Source: Eledone cirrhosa (taxonomy: Eukaryota). From it: a DNA stretch of 64,000 bases. A program made the position numbers and the translations under genes. The stretch is from contig OZ024745.1 of NCBI GenBank assembly GCA_964016885.1, positions 87,420,001-87,484,000 of the forward strand, written 5' to 3'. The stretch's first letter is position 1; each line of letters opens with the position of its first letter. The notes below the pieces were generated by a model. That model was not told the DNA's origin, searched no databases, and saw only the letters and a program-made list of their open reading frames with translations. Positions 13,346-26,161 of the stretch are shown here, one piece after another.

Positions 13346-15322
13346 TTACCTTACTTCTCGTAGGGGAAGGACGGTTTTTCCATCCTTTTCACTGCTTGTG
13401 GCCTCCTCAGGAAGGATGTCCTTATAAATCCTCCTGGAGAGTGCTTGTCGGAAGTCTCCGATGTCTTTGGGGAATTTTTGTTTTAGTGTCATGTACGTTT
13501 TCTGTGTGATGCGAGTGATTTGTATGTGTGGAGGTGGTGTGAATTTTGGGGTTGTTGTGTAGTCTTTTTCTGTGATGCTGGTGTTGTGTTGGATGCAGTG
13601 CAATAATTGCTTGTTGTTCAAATTTAATGCTGTGTAGTGTGTATCGTTTTGGTTGTTTTGTTTTGTTTGCGTTTGTTGTGGGTTTGTTTCTGTTTCGCAT
13701 TTTGGTGACTTTTGTGGTGTAGGTGATGGTGGTGTTGGAGTTAATGATGGTGATGGTGTTGGTGTTTGGGTTGATGGGGTTGGTGATGCTGGTGTGGATG
13801 GTGGCATATCTGTCCTAACTTTTTTGTTTCTTAGTTTATTTGTTTCCCTCTGTATTTTGTTTTTGGAGGGGGAAGGAAGAGAATTTTTTCTTTTTTGGCA
13901 CTTTTTTTTTTCCGGATATCGTTTCCCACTCCTCGTCGTCACAATCTTTCTCCAGTTGTGATAGGCCGGGGAGTGGAAAATCCTCCACAGCCGTTAGTTT
14001 TGGTTGTGGTGTGGTGGATGGTGTAGGCGCTGGTGCTAGTTCTGAAGCGTTGGGTGGTGGTGGTGTTGGTTTTGCTGGTGGTGGTAGTGGTGTTGGTTTT
14101 GCTACTGTTGCTGGGGTTGTTGCTGTTATAGTTGCTTCTGTTGTTGCTGCTACAGTTGTTGCTGCCATCTCTGCTACTGGTGGTGTTGATGGTTGTGTCA
14201 CTGGGGTGGGTAGGAGAGGTGGCCTCAACCTTTTAGCCTGAGGGCAGAAAGCCCTTAGGTGGGTTCCTTCACCACAAACGACACACCTAGGTCTTCTTCC
14301 CTCGACAATTACCGTGAGGTGGCTGCCGTCAGTGAGGTCTATTACCTCTGGGATCTCCTCAATGCTTTTTTGGTCCGCTTGGATCAGGAGCTCCATCCCA
14401 GATCCGGACCAGTTTTCCTGCTTTTCTTTTGCTATTGTTATTATTTTCGTGTTGGCCTCGATGCCGGCGAGGACAGCCGCTATTAGCCAGGGAATTTCGA
14501 TGGCCGGTGGAACGTGGGTCACCCTGATCTTTACGAGTCTCTGGCCACAATAGCTTGGGACGAGTGTGAAGGGCCATGGAGTGTTCTCTAGCCTCCTCTG
14601 GTGTTTCAAAGAACACGTCTACGGTTCCATACTTTTGCCCACGTCTGATGTGGGTTTTTCTTGCCCACACATGTCCCAAAGCTTTTTGTATTTGGGACTC
14701 GGATGCCCGTTCCACTCGGCGCGATTTTACATTTATTGTTCTATACGACACGGTGCATAGGCGCCGATGCTCCATTTTATTAGGTGGGTGGGTGAGGCTG
14801 ACCCTGTACCCATCTTTCTTTACCCTTTGTTTGGCATTTTCTAAATCCTCCTGAGTTACCGTAAATGCTTCGAACTGTTTTGCTACTCTGGCGAAACTGA
14901 GGGGGGGGGGGGGTTTATAATGTCATTGTTGTTGTTGTTGCTATCGTTAATATTAATTTTAGTTTCAGTTGTGGTGGTGGTGAGGTCAGTCGTCTTTGGT
15001 GGGGAAGAGTCCATTTTGCTTGATTTCATTTCGACATCACCAGTTAATTTTTTTTTTCTTCTTTTGTTTCTGTTGTCGTGGTGGTGGTGGTGGTGGTGGT
15101 GGTGGTTGTCACGGTGGTGGTGGTGGTGGAGGCTTTAACACCTGCAGTCATTGGTAATGGCGGGAAATGAATGTCTGCCTGAGACAAATTTAAAATATTG
15201 CTAGTGCTTATATTTTTTTTTGTGTTGGCAAACGTAGTAACATTTACAATGGTGGTGTCGGTGTGAGGTGTTAATTTGTGAGGAAGGCTTTCAGCTGCTT
15301 CGTGCAGAGGTGAATTAGCCAT
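13346..15322 (-). pseudogene. Copy A ORF1 (gag-like, CCHC knuckle, Pro/Thr-rich), frameshifted
   Basis: Pieces 15044-15322, 14359-14775, 13836-14609 (CVVCGEGTHLRAFC) and 13346-13942; homologous to ORF1 of B, C and D. Confidence 0.8.
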
Positions 15323-15529
15323 TTTTTTCAAAGAAATTTTTTTGATAATAATAAAAGTTTAAATTTTGGGCACAAGGCCCCAATCTTTTTGGGTGTCCTT
15401 TTCGGAAAACAATGTATGTGCGCTTATAAACAGTTAACAATAAAATTTTCCATAAATGACAATTTTTAACAAACGGAAATAACAAACCTTTGCGGAGCTC
15501 ACGATGATACGATTTACTACGTAGGTCGC

Positions 15530-15589
<60 letters not shown>

Positions 15590-15590
<1 letters not shown>

Positions 15591-15770
15591 TGTTTCTACT
15601 TTAGGCACAAGGCCAGCAAATTACCCAGTGCATTACTGGTACTTTATTTTATCGACCCCGTAAGGCTGAAAGGCAAAGTCAACCTCGGCGGGATTTGAAC
15701 TCAGATCATAAAGGGACGTAACTATGCTGGAAAGCATGGCGTCCGACCCTCTACCGATACTGCCAATCCA
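15590..15770 (-). mobile_element. tRNA-derived SINE
   Basis: A box TGGCAGTATCGG, B box GAGTTCAAATCC, tail CCTTGTGCCTAAAGTAGAAACA followed by (ATT)n. Multiple copies in the window. Confidence 0.9.
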
Positions 15771-15788
15771 TATAATAATAATAATAAT

Positions 15789-18700
15789 GTTTTCTTTATT
15801 AACCACAAGGGTTTACATAAAGTAGACATTAAGGACAGTGCAGGACAATGCAGGACGGTACAAATGGGCATTTCTGCGTGTAAAAAACAAAAACAGAGGA
15901 TGTAACAAAAAATAACAATGAAAAATTCCCCAATAGGGGGGAGACTTCCGAGGGACATTTGTGGAGAAAGCCCATTAAAAAGCCACAATGACCCTGACCA
16001 CCAAGGCAAGTGCTCTCTCCCAGTTTTCCACCTTTAATTTACAGATATATACTCAGAGTAGGCCCATTCACTCGGACCATTCTTGCTTCTCTCACCCATC
16101 TTTCAACAAAATGCTGGGAAGAGAGCACTTCGCTCTCTACTTTTTTTATTTCATTTTCAAATGAAATTTGAAAAAGTCAATCAGAGCATCACCGAAGAGG
16201 TAAGTGCTCGTCTTCAGCCCTTTCAAACGTGTCCACCATACTATCTCTTTCGCCATGGCCACCAGGCAGATAAAAACTGCCTGCCCTTCCCGGCTAAAGG
16301 AGGAGGGCGGGGAAATCCTCACGATGGACTCAGATGATAGCCGGATCCGTCCTAAACGCGACAGCAGGTGTTCGACATAAACGCACAAGTCAGCAATTTT
16401 CGGACACTGGACGAGTGCGTGCATAACGGTTCGTCGCCCTGCGCGCATCTCGGACATGCCCGGCTGACGGCACCTCCATGCCTGTAGAGTTTATCCCGAA
16501 CTGGCAAGGCTCTTCGGTAGCACTGCCAGGCCAGAGATTTCTGGAAGTTGTCCATAGGCCCTGGCCCGAAAGTTCTTCCGAAGAGATTGGCTAGTTGATT
16601 TTCGTCGAAGCCTAGAGTTTTCCCAAGTACTTCGTCGCTCTTCCCCTCCACTAATCCTCTATAGAATGCCGAGGTGGAGTTTCCACCGATCACATTGCCC
16701 GATTGGTCGAGGGCTGTGAGCGCCTGAAGACATTCCAGTCTCCAGGCGCTCCCTCTCGGTCTTCGCTTGACCCAGGACTGCAGCTCCGTCAAGGAAACGA
16801 GCTGGGGAAAAACGTGTCTAGCAAACGGCGACCACACCTGATCACCGTCGAGGAAGAGGTGGAGATGTCGTAGCCTGAGCGCGTGCCTGCGCATCATCAG
16901 CCACGGCATGCCCATCCCTCCACGTAGCGGGTGTTGACAACAGATGGACCGCCTGACCATCGGAGCGCGTCCCTCCCACAAAAAGCGAAAGAGCAAACGC
17001 TCCAGCGCAGTCAGGCGAGGCTTAGGACAAGGTACGACGGTCAGGCGGTAGCAGATGACGGACGCGATGTACGCGTTAGCCACCTCCGCTCGACCTTTCA
17101 GGGATATCTTCCTCTCGGCCCATTTCTGGGTGAGAGAAGCCACCCTGCTCGTCACCTCGTCCCAGTTTTTGTCCGTCTGGAGGTCTGGGCCGAACCAGAC
17201 CCCTAGCAATTTAACCGGTCCGTCCGTCCAGCGTCCGACGACGCTGTTGGACGGCATGGACCTGCCTCTCCAGGTGCCGAGATGCAGGCCCACTGACTTT
17301 TCCTGGTTGATCATTGCTCCTGTCACCGCTTCGTATTCTCTTAGTGTAGTGCCGATCGCCTCGATGTGTTTGGCGTTCGACACCACTACGGTGACATCGT
17401 CCGCATATGCTGACACGGTTCTTCCGCATCCTAGTTCGCGCGGGACGCCCCTCAACGTCTCCAGTTTGTGCAGTAATGGCTCGAGAGTCAATACGTACAA
17501 GAGGGACGAGAGGGGACATCCTTGGCGGACCGAGCGCATGATGTTGAACGGTTCCGAAAGGTGACCGTTCACTCTCACCACAGAGCAGATGTCGCTGTGC
17601 ATGGCAGCGATCCAGCCTCTGAAGACGGGCCCAAAGCCAGCCGCCCTCAGGACTGCCGCTAGGTAACGATGGTCGACCCTATCGAAAGCTTTCGACTGAT
17701 CTAAATTGATCAAGGACCCACCCGTGCCAGGTTCCCTAGCTACCCTCTCTACGATGTATCGCATGAGGTGGAGGTTGTCGTGGATGGATCTGTCGGGAAT
17801 GGCGTATGTCTTCGCCTCTCCCACCAGACCACCAACGACAAGGCCAACCTCTTTGCTAGCACCTTGGCCAAAATCTTGAACTCTGTGTTTAGCAGAGTTA
17901 TGGGCCGGGAATTATCTATGTTATCCCCCTTGTTCGGATACTTTCTCAGCAGTGCCACCGCTCCTCGGCTCATAGAACTGGGAATTTTCCAGTTCTGTTG
18001 CCAGTTGCAGTAGACGTCCGCCAAGAGGCCTCCGAACAAGTCTGGCATCTGTACGTAAAGTTCATAGGGCAGACCATCCAAACCAGGCGATTTACCCCTT
18101 CTGCAGCCAGTCATTGCCTCCCTTACTTCAGCGGCTGTTATCGGCTTTTCGCAAGACTTCGCCTCAGTGGCCGAGAGCCGCGGCAGTCCGTCGAGGTAGA
18201 CACTAAAGTCCATCCCTCGACCCGGCCCACCGCTGCCCCCGAACAGCTGAGTGAAGTGTCGCTGAAAAGCTTCACACATTTGCCCGGGATTGAGTAGCAT
18301 GCGCCCGTCGTGGTCCACCAAAGACCGGATCGTGGCTTTGTTGCCACGACGCGCCTCCGCCACTCGGGCCCATTGAACGGCTTTGGTCCCCTCGTGTCTG
18401 AGAGCACGCACCCTTGCCCTGACAACGCAGCCTTCGTGCTTTGCATTGAAGAATTAGTCAAGGGCCAATTTCGCCGCAAGCACGTCGGTCGCAATGCCTT
18501 TGCTAAGCGCCTCGTCTAATTTTCTAACTAGTTATCCCTCTGCTCTATTTTTCCCTATTGCTAAAGCCTTACTAAACCTAATGGATTCTATTCTAATCGC
18601 TCTTTTCAGAGGAAACCACCACTTGTTGTTGACGATGGCTCCCGTCAACGCCCGCTTAACTAGTTCGCTAATCCGGTCTCTGTAGGCCTTGCGCGCTGGT

Positions 18701-21700
18701 AAGGACGCGTTTAGCTTCCAATAGCCGGGTCCTCGTCTATGAAGCCTATCTAAGTCAAGCACACAGATAACGAATTTGTGGTCCGTGTAGCTGACTATCT
18801 TGAATTGTGGACAGCCTATGCTAGACCTATCAATTTCCCTACAAAATACTCTATCTAGATATGATCTGGATGACCCTATGCGATTTGTCCAAGTCCACAT
18901 TGGCACATTCGGGAAATCCAATCGGTACCTGTCAGACAGTTCAAAACGCCTGAGCAGGTTGGTGAGTCTCTTGCACCCTCCATCCCTATCCGCTAATCCC
19001 ACACAGTCCCAGCGTGCATCTAAGATCCCGTTCCAGTCGCCCACTAACACTAAAGAGCGGGACGTTCCAAGAAAGGTCTCCAGACGCCGGAAGAAATCAG
19101 GCCGCCCTGCTCCTGACAGGGCTACGGCCACTAGCCTGAAAGCTTGCCCGTCTCCGCTGGTCACGTCCAGCACCACCAGCTTACCCTCTGGGTCCAGGAA
19201 GATGGCCCGTATGGCAAGATCCAAACCTCTCCGAAAAAGCACAGCAACTCCTCCCCCCGATCCAGGACGGCTGGGAGATGCGTACACATCGTAGCCGCCG
19301 ACGATCGGTGCGAAAGCCCGTGCTTCGGAGATTCTGGTCTCGCTGATGGCCACTACATCTATGTTTAGTGACCTGAGGTCGTTGAGCAGGTGACTCTGCT
19401 TCCATGACGACCCCAAGCCACGCGCATTTATGCTGCCTATTCTGAGTGAGGTCATGTTTAAAATAGAGTGGAAAAGATGGGAAAGACCACTTACCGTACT
19501 TTTGGTAGAGGAGGGATGGTTTTTACATCCCTTTTCACTTGATCGTTTGGTGAAGGGACCGTTGAATCGTCCCTTCGGCTGGTCGTCGGCTCTTCTAAGA
19601 GAATGTCTGAATATACTCTTCGATTGATAGTTCCTCCTAGGTCCCTGAAATCACCAACTGCGTTGGGGAATTTCGTTTTAATGTTTGTGTATTGTTTCTG
19701 TGCTATTTTTAGCAGTCTTATGTTAGTTGGCGTTTTGATTGGTGCTGGTATTATGTAGTCCTGTTGTGAAATGTCTGTGTGTTCAATTATGTAAGTCATT
19801 AGTTTCTTGTTGTGTGTATTTATTGCCGTGCATTTGTTTTTCTGGGGGTGGGGTGTGGTTCTGCTATTTTCTTGTCGTTGTTGCTGGGTGTGTGTGTTTT
19901 GTTGTTGTGTTTGCGATGTTGGTGCTTGTGGTGGTGGTGTTGAAGGTGTTGTTGGCGGTGGGGTTGTCACCGGTGGTGATGGTGGTGCTAGTGTAGGTGG
20001 TGATGGTGTTGGTGGTGTTGCTGCTGTGGGTCTCTTTGCAGTAGACTTTACCCTTTTCTCATTTCTTTTCTCCCTTTTCAAAGGCGACGATGCGCTGCTT
20101 CTGCGTTTGTGCCTTCTTACGACCATTTGCCATCCCCCTCCCACCTCACACTCCATGTCTGATTCTGTGAGGTCGGGGAGGGGTACCAGCTCCACTCTTT
20201 CACTTGTTGTTGTTGGTGATGTTTGCACTGGAGTCTCTGTTGCAGCTGCATTTGGTATTGCTGTTGTTGTTGTTAATATTTCCACTGCTGCTGCTGTTTT
20301 TGATTTCCGTGGCGTGGGTATGGGTGCCACGGACCTATCGTTCCTGGTTGCCGCTTGTCCTGTTGCTGGTAGTTGTGGAGCCGGTTTCGGAAGGAGGGGG
20401 GTTTTCTCCTTTCTCAGGGTCTTCTCGTTGCAGAAGCACCTGAGGTGAGTCTTCGATCCACAGCGAAAGCATTTCGGGCGTTTGCCCTCAACACTTATGG
20501 GCAGTTGAGTGCCGTTATCGAAGTCTATCACATCCGGGATAGCTTCGATGCACTCCTGGTTGGTTTGGATTACCATCTCAATGGAGGTGCCGACCCAATC
20601 TTTTCTTACTTTTTTCTGTACTTGCAGTACAGTTGTTTTGTCCTCGATTCCGACGAGGACAGACGCGGCCAGCCAAGAAGGGGCCATTCCGGGGGGGACG
20701 TGGGTCAGTTTGACCCTCACAATTTTTTGCCCGCAGTAGGAGGGCACCAACACCATTTCCTCGCTCCTTAGGGTCACTACGGATTGGGCCTTTGCCTCCT
20801 GGGGTGTGGCAAAAAGTACGTCTACGGTGGCATATTTTTTGCCTCGGGTGATGTGCGTTTTCCGCTGCCACACAGACCCCAAGGCTTTTTGTATTTGGGC
20901 CTCTGTGGCTCTTTCCACCCTACGGGATTTTGTACTTACTCTACGTTACATGACCGTACAGTGCTGTTGGGTTTCGAAAAATTTTTCCGCTGCCTTGCAG
21001 ATTGCTCGGTGTCCATTCTTTGTCACCATCTTCTTCACTTCCGCTAATTCCTCATTTGTTATGAGGATTGTTTCCAAGTTTTTCGCAATACCTGCAAATG
21101 AGATTGGTTTTTCTTTGCTGCTGTTGTTGTTGTTGTCGTCAGAGCTGCTGTTACTTTTGTTGTTGCTGCAGGTACTACGACTACTGCCTTCGCCGCTGTT
21201 GCTGTGGTTGTTTTTGGTGTTGCTGCTGCTAATGCTGTTGTTGTTTATGCTGCTGGTGATGCTGTTGCGGCTGCTACTTTTGTTTTCATTGTCACTGTTG
21301 CTGTTGTTATTACGGCTGCTACTGCTATTATTCCTGACGTCAGACGAATGAACTGGGTTTTCGTATTTCCCGCACACCTGTTTCGTCGCTGTCGTCCTGG
21401 AGAAACCTTGCACGCTTTGCACGAGACTTTTCTTTTCTTTCGTCGCCTGCGAAAGCGAAGGGAGGGAGAGAGACACATTTAAAGAAGGGAGGGAGAGAGA
21501 CAATCTTCTCTCTGCTGTAGTGATGATTGAGGAAGAAGTAGACGGAATGAGTGGGAGTGACCTATGCAAATTCTTTTTCGTAGCCATGTTGATTTTTTTG
21601 TTTAAAATAAATATTGGGTACAAAACCCCAATAAGCAGTTATTTAACCCCGAAGGGCCAAATAACGGGCAGAAAGACCCCTCTCACGAGGAGGAGGGTGT

Positions 21701-21803
21701 TTTTGTCTACAAGTTGGTCTAAGTTTTAAACAATTTACAATTGTTATAGCGTTCAAAATTTACAGTACCTTACAGAGCCGAGCCTCCGTCAACCATAGCA
21801 TTC
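15789..21803 (-). mobile_element. Tx1-type element, full-length copy B (C-type 5' UTR/ORF1 + A-type ORF2/3' UTR)
   Basis: ORF2 19455 to ~16038 with a stop and frameshifts, nearly identical to A. ORF1 ~21587-19491 with one in-frame stop at 20946 (CFRCGSKTHLRCFC), very similar to C. Confidence 0.92.
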
Positions 21804-21847
<44 letters not shown>

Positions 21848-21849
<2 letters not shown>

Positions 21850-24800
21850 GTCAAATGATAAAATCGCATACCGGATCGGTCGTCACCCGAGTCAAAAAGG
21901 GCCTTGTACCTCAGAGAGGAACCAGAGTGGGGTCGGAAAATCAGTTAATGGTTCAAACCTTCCCATCACTTCGGAGCTGGAGACCTCCCATAACCGGAAT
22001 ACCCCTACTGTTGGCCCTCCATGCTCACCACCAAGAAATCCAAAGAAAAAGAAAGAAACATGGTCAAGGGAAGACAATAAAGAAGTCCTTGAGGCTTTCT
22101 ACACTGCCATGTACTACCCATCAAATAGATCGAATACAGAACAGACATATATCAACTGGAAAAAGAAACATACCGAAAACAGAGGCTATATTGACAGTAA
22201 CAAACTAGCCAATATACGACTATTAGCACAAAGTCAGCGAAGGGAAAATGAAACATGGGTCAGTGGAAACGAGGTAAATTGTAACACTTCGAAGTCCAGG
22301 TTTGGAGCGGAATCACTGACAACAAATCAAATTAAAGAAAGGATCGAAAAAGTGGAGGGAGTGCATGCTCAAGATGAAACTCAAAATGAAAACAATGAGA
22401 TCGTAAATGATAAAGAAATGAATGAGAATGAACTTGCCAACTTGAAGGATGGAATTATGATCGAATGGATGAAAATGAAAGAATCTGACATGGAGAAACG
22501 AGACACTCTACCTAAGATCCAGAACTCCAAACAGAACCAAAAGATAATACACAAGACTAACACAATTCTCAAAAGCATTATCATCACAAACAAACTAAAC
22601 ATTACTGATCTAAATCATCTGTATTATGCATTGGCTAAAGTCACCACTCATTTATGTGGAGTGAAAATGAAAAAACAAAGGACTTCCCACAAGAAATCTA
22701 CTTGGCAAGAGAACATCAATCACCAAATAAACCTTCTCCGATCTGACATAGAAATTTTAACAAACTACAAAGTAGGTGAACATGTTAAACAAACTAAACT
22801 TAGAAAATTGAAAAGAAAATACAGTATAAAATCAACAAGTGACATAGACATGCTGATAGAAATAATCAAGCAAAGAGTGTCGGCCAAAGCTGCTCGTATA
22901 AGGCGCTTTGAAAAACGATCTAGATTCTATAAGGAAAATAATATGTTCAAAAACAACCAAAGAAACTTCTACAGAAAAATTAGCAAGTCAACAATAACTG
23001 CAAATCAATACCACCCAAGGAGGAAGGGCAAGAATTCTGGGAAAAGATCTGGGCCGAAGAAAAAGTTCATAATATACATGGCTCATGGATAGACAGACAA
23101 ATGAAATATATAGCTTGAGGAGCAAACATGGGAAAATATGACAGTTGAACAGTTGCGTTTGGCTCTTAGAAAAACCAGCAAATGAAAATCCCCAGGAAAA
23201 GACAAAATACCAAATTTTTGGATAAATGCCTTCATAGAGTCTCATGAGCTGTTAGCCCAACTTTACAATGAAATAGTTAAGGAGCCAGAAAAGATACCAT
23301 CATGGCTAGTTAACGTCATTACATTCCTACTTCCAAAGAATGATGAGACAAACATTCCCAAAAATTACAGACCGATAACTTGCTTGACCACAATGTATCA
23401 ATGTATAACATTTTAACATCAGTCCTAACTGAATATACATATGACCACCTGATAACAAATGATCTATTTCCCAATGAGCCGAAAGGGTTTAAACGAGGCT
23501 CATATGTCTGTAAAGATCAGCTTTTGGTTAACAAAATGATATTGGAAGATTGTCATAATAGACAAAAGAATCTATCAATTGCTTGGATAGATTATAAAAA
23601 AAGCATTCGATAGTTTGCCACACAGTTGGATTGAAAAATGTTTAGGGATTTTCAAAATATCTCCCGTTGTCAGGAGGTTCCTGTCATTCAGTATGAAGAC
23701 ATGGAAAACGACACTCCTTTTGAATAGTGAAAAAAAATCACTGGAAGCTGGTGAAGTTAATATTAATTGTGGAATTTTTCAGGGTGACTCTTTATCACCG
23801 CTTTTATTCTGCATCTCACTTATACCATTAAGTAAAATGCTCAATGAAACAAAACACACATATATAAAGTCTTGTTCTACACGGATGACCTGAAACTATT
23901 TGCAAAAAATGATGAACAATTGCAAGGGCTATTATCCACTGTGAAGCCGTTCAGTGATGACATTAAAATGGAGTTTGGACTAGATAAATGCGCCAAAGCA
24001 ACGTTCACCAGAGGAAAGCTGCTGAAAACTTCAGACATTAATCTTGATCGGGGGAATGTGATACGAGAACTTGATCAAGAGGAAACTTACAAATATCTAG
24101 GTGTTTGTGAAGGAGACGGGATCAAGCACTCGACAATGAGGGAAAGGACAAGGAAGGAATGTTACCGCAGAGTAAGAGCGGAATTGAATGCAAGGAATAG
24201 GATCGATACCATAAACACACTTGCCATACCAGTAGTAACATACAGTTACAATGTCATCAACTGGTCAAGCACAGAGATCCGTAGGCTCGATACAAAAATT
24301 AGAAAATTCTTAAACTTGCACAGAATGCATCACCCTAAGACAGATACAAATAGAATATATCTCCCTAGGAAAGAAGGAGGGCGTGGGTTAATCACGTTAG
24401 ACATTGCGTTGAAAACTGCAACAATTGGATTATCTACATATCTAAGGGAATCACATGATTGGATGATCAAACTCGTTTTGAAACACGAAAGCATCAAAAG
24501 ATCATACTCCATTACAAAAGATGCACAAAGATACAGTAATGGACTACAAATTTCAGAAGTTCCATTTACTGCTGAAATGAATAACAGAAAAAGCAAAGCA
24601 GGTAAAAGTAACTGCAAAGAAAGATCTGCTACAGAAACTGGATGGAAAATACCCAGAATGAGCTAACAATCCTGATGTTGACAAAACTTTAACCCATCAG
24701 TGGTTGGCATCCTCTGGACTGAAATCGGAGACTGAACTGAAGGACTGATTATATCAGCACAAGATCAGTGTCTGCCAACAAAAAATTACCAAGCAAACAT

Positions 24801-25515
24801 AATAAAAAATGGATGCAACCCATTATGCCGTGTATGTAAAAACAACCAGAGACCATTGATCATACAATTTCAATGTGCAGTCCTATAGTTCCAACCGAAT
24901 ACCTAAACAGGCATGACAGAGCTGCACAATACATACATTGGATAATGTGTAAGCATTTTGACCTGCCCCATCAAAAGTATTGGTGGGAGCATCAACCACC
25001 TCCAGTACTTGAGAAAGATCACATCTCAATCTTGTGGAACTTTAGCATCCCTAACAGACCGAAAAATAGATGCAAATAGACCTGATATAATACTGAAGGA
25101 CTTTAAAAAGAGGGTATGCCTGCTAATTGATATGTCCGTTCCAATAGACAAGAATGTATCTATAAAAACATTTGAAAAATTGAGCAAGTATAAGGACCTG
25201 GAAATAGAAATTGGAAAAATGTGGAAATTGAGAACTAAAACAATACCAGTGGTTGTAGGCGCTCTAAGAATGATACCTAAGGGGTCTAATGATTACTATA
25301 CCGCGTATAGGAGAAATACGAAATATAGTACTAATGGGAACTGCCTATATACTAAGGAAGATTCTGTCAATATAAGTACATCACAAGTCTAAACACCTAA
25401 AGATGCATGTTTGTGTATGTATGTTCTTTCTTGAACATGGCGGACCTTGTTGTCCCTGAGATCACTAGTTGTGACTTGGTGATAACTCGTATGAACATAA
25501 AGCAAGATAAATGCA
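21848..25515 (+). mobile_element. R4/Dong-type non-LTR retrotransposon, near full length, degraded
   Basis: N-terminal ETWSREDNKEVLEAFY; RT motifs NYRPITCL, AWIDYKK, GIFQGDSLSPLLF, FYTDDLKL, YKYLG; zinc knuckle; endonuclease NRPDII..LIDMSVP..EKLSKYKDL. Flanked by (AAT)n on both sides. Confidence 0.92.
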
Positions 25516-25557
25516 ACTGTAATAATAGTAATAATAATAATAATTATAATAATGGGA

Positions 25558-25923
25558 TTGGACAAGGAAAAAAGATCGTGCCTGATTGTAGATGTAGCCT
25601 GCCCATTTGACACGAGAGTGCAAGAAAAGGAGAGGGAGAAAATTAACCGTTACCAGTACTTAAAGTGGGAGGTAAAAAGGATTTGGAACTGCCATGAGTC
25701 GTCCTGATTGTCATAGGCGCACTAGGTACTATCTCAAAGAGTTTCCAAGGATGGTTAAAGAAAATTAGTCCAGCCCCGCTTTTTGGAACACTTCAAAAGG
25801 CATGCTTGCTGGGAACAGCAAGAACCTTCTGATACGTCCTGAATATCTGAGGCTACAGGTAGCGGCTTGATATTCATTTCAACAAACTTTCCAGTTAAAT
25901 AACATCAATGACTGAGACTCAAA
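25558..25923 (+). mobile_element. 5'-truncated copy of the first Dong-type family
   Basis: Highly similar to 9221-9594; lies between AAT tracts. Confidence 0.9.
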
Positions 25924-25937
25924 GAATAATAATAATA

Positions 25938-26122
25938 ATTGTTTCTACTTTAGGCACAAGGCCAGCAATTATCCAGTGCATTACTGGTACTTTATTTTAT
26001 CGACCCCGTAAGGATGAAAGGCAAAGTTAACCTCGGCCGGATTTGAACTCAGATCGTAAAGGGACGTAACTATGCTGGAAAGCATGTCAGAACCTCTACT
26101 GATACTGCCAATTCACCGCCCT
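25938..26122 (-). mobile_element. tRNA-derived SINE, full length
   Basis: Starts GGGCGGTGAATTGGCAGTATC; has A/B boxes and the same tail; lies within (AAT)n. Confidence 0.9.
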
Positions 26123-26123
26123 C

Positions 26124-26159
<36 letters not shown>

Positions 26160-26161
<2 letters not shown>

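Larger units (their letters stand above)
9646..15530 (-). mobile_element. Tx1/L1-type non-LTR retrotransposon, full-length copy A
   Basis: Two-ORF structure, AATAAA near the 3' end, (AAT)n on both sides. Confidence 0.92.

Noticed and set aside
20946-21623. Apparent separate upstream ORF ('ORF0') in B, and 31141-31878 in C
   Set aside because: Both are in frame with ORF1 and end at different codons in B and C, so these are independent nonsense mutations in one ORF1.
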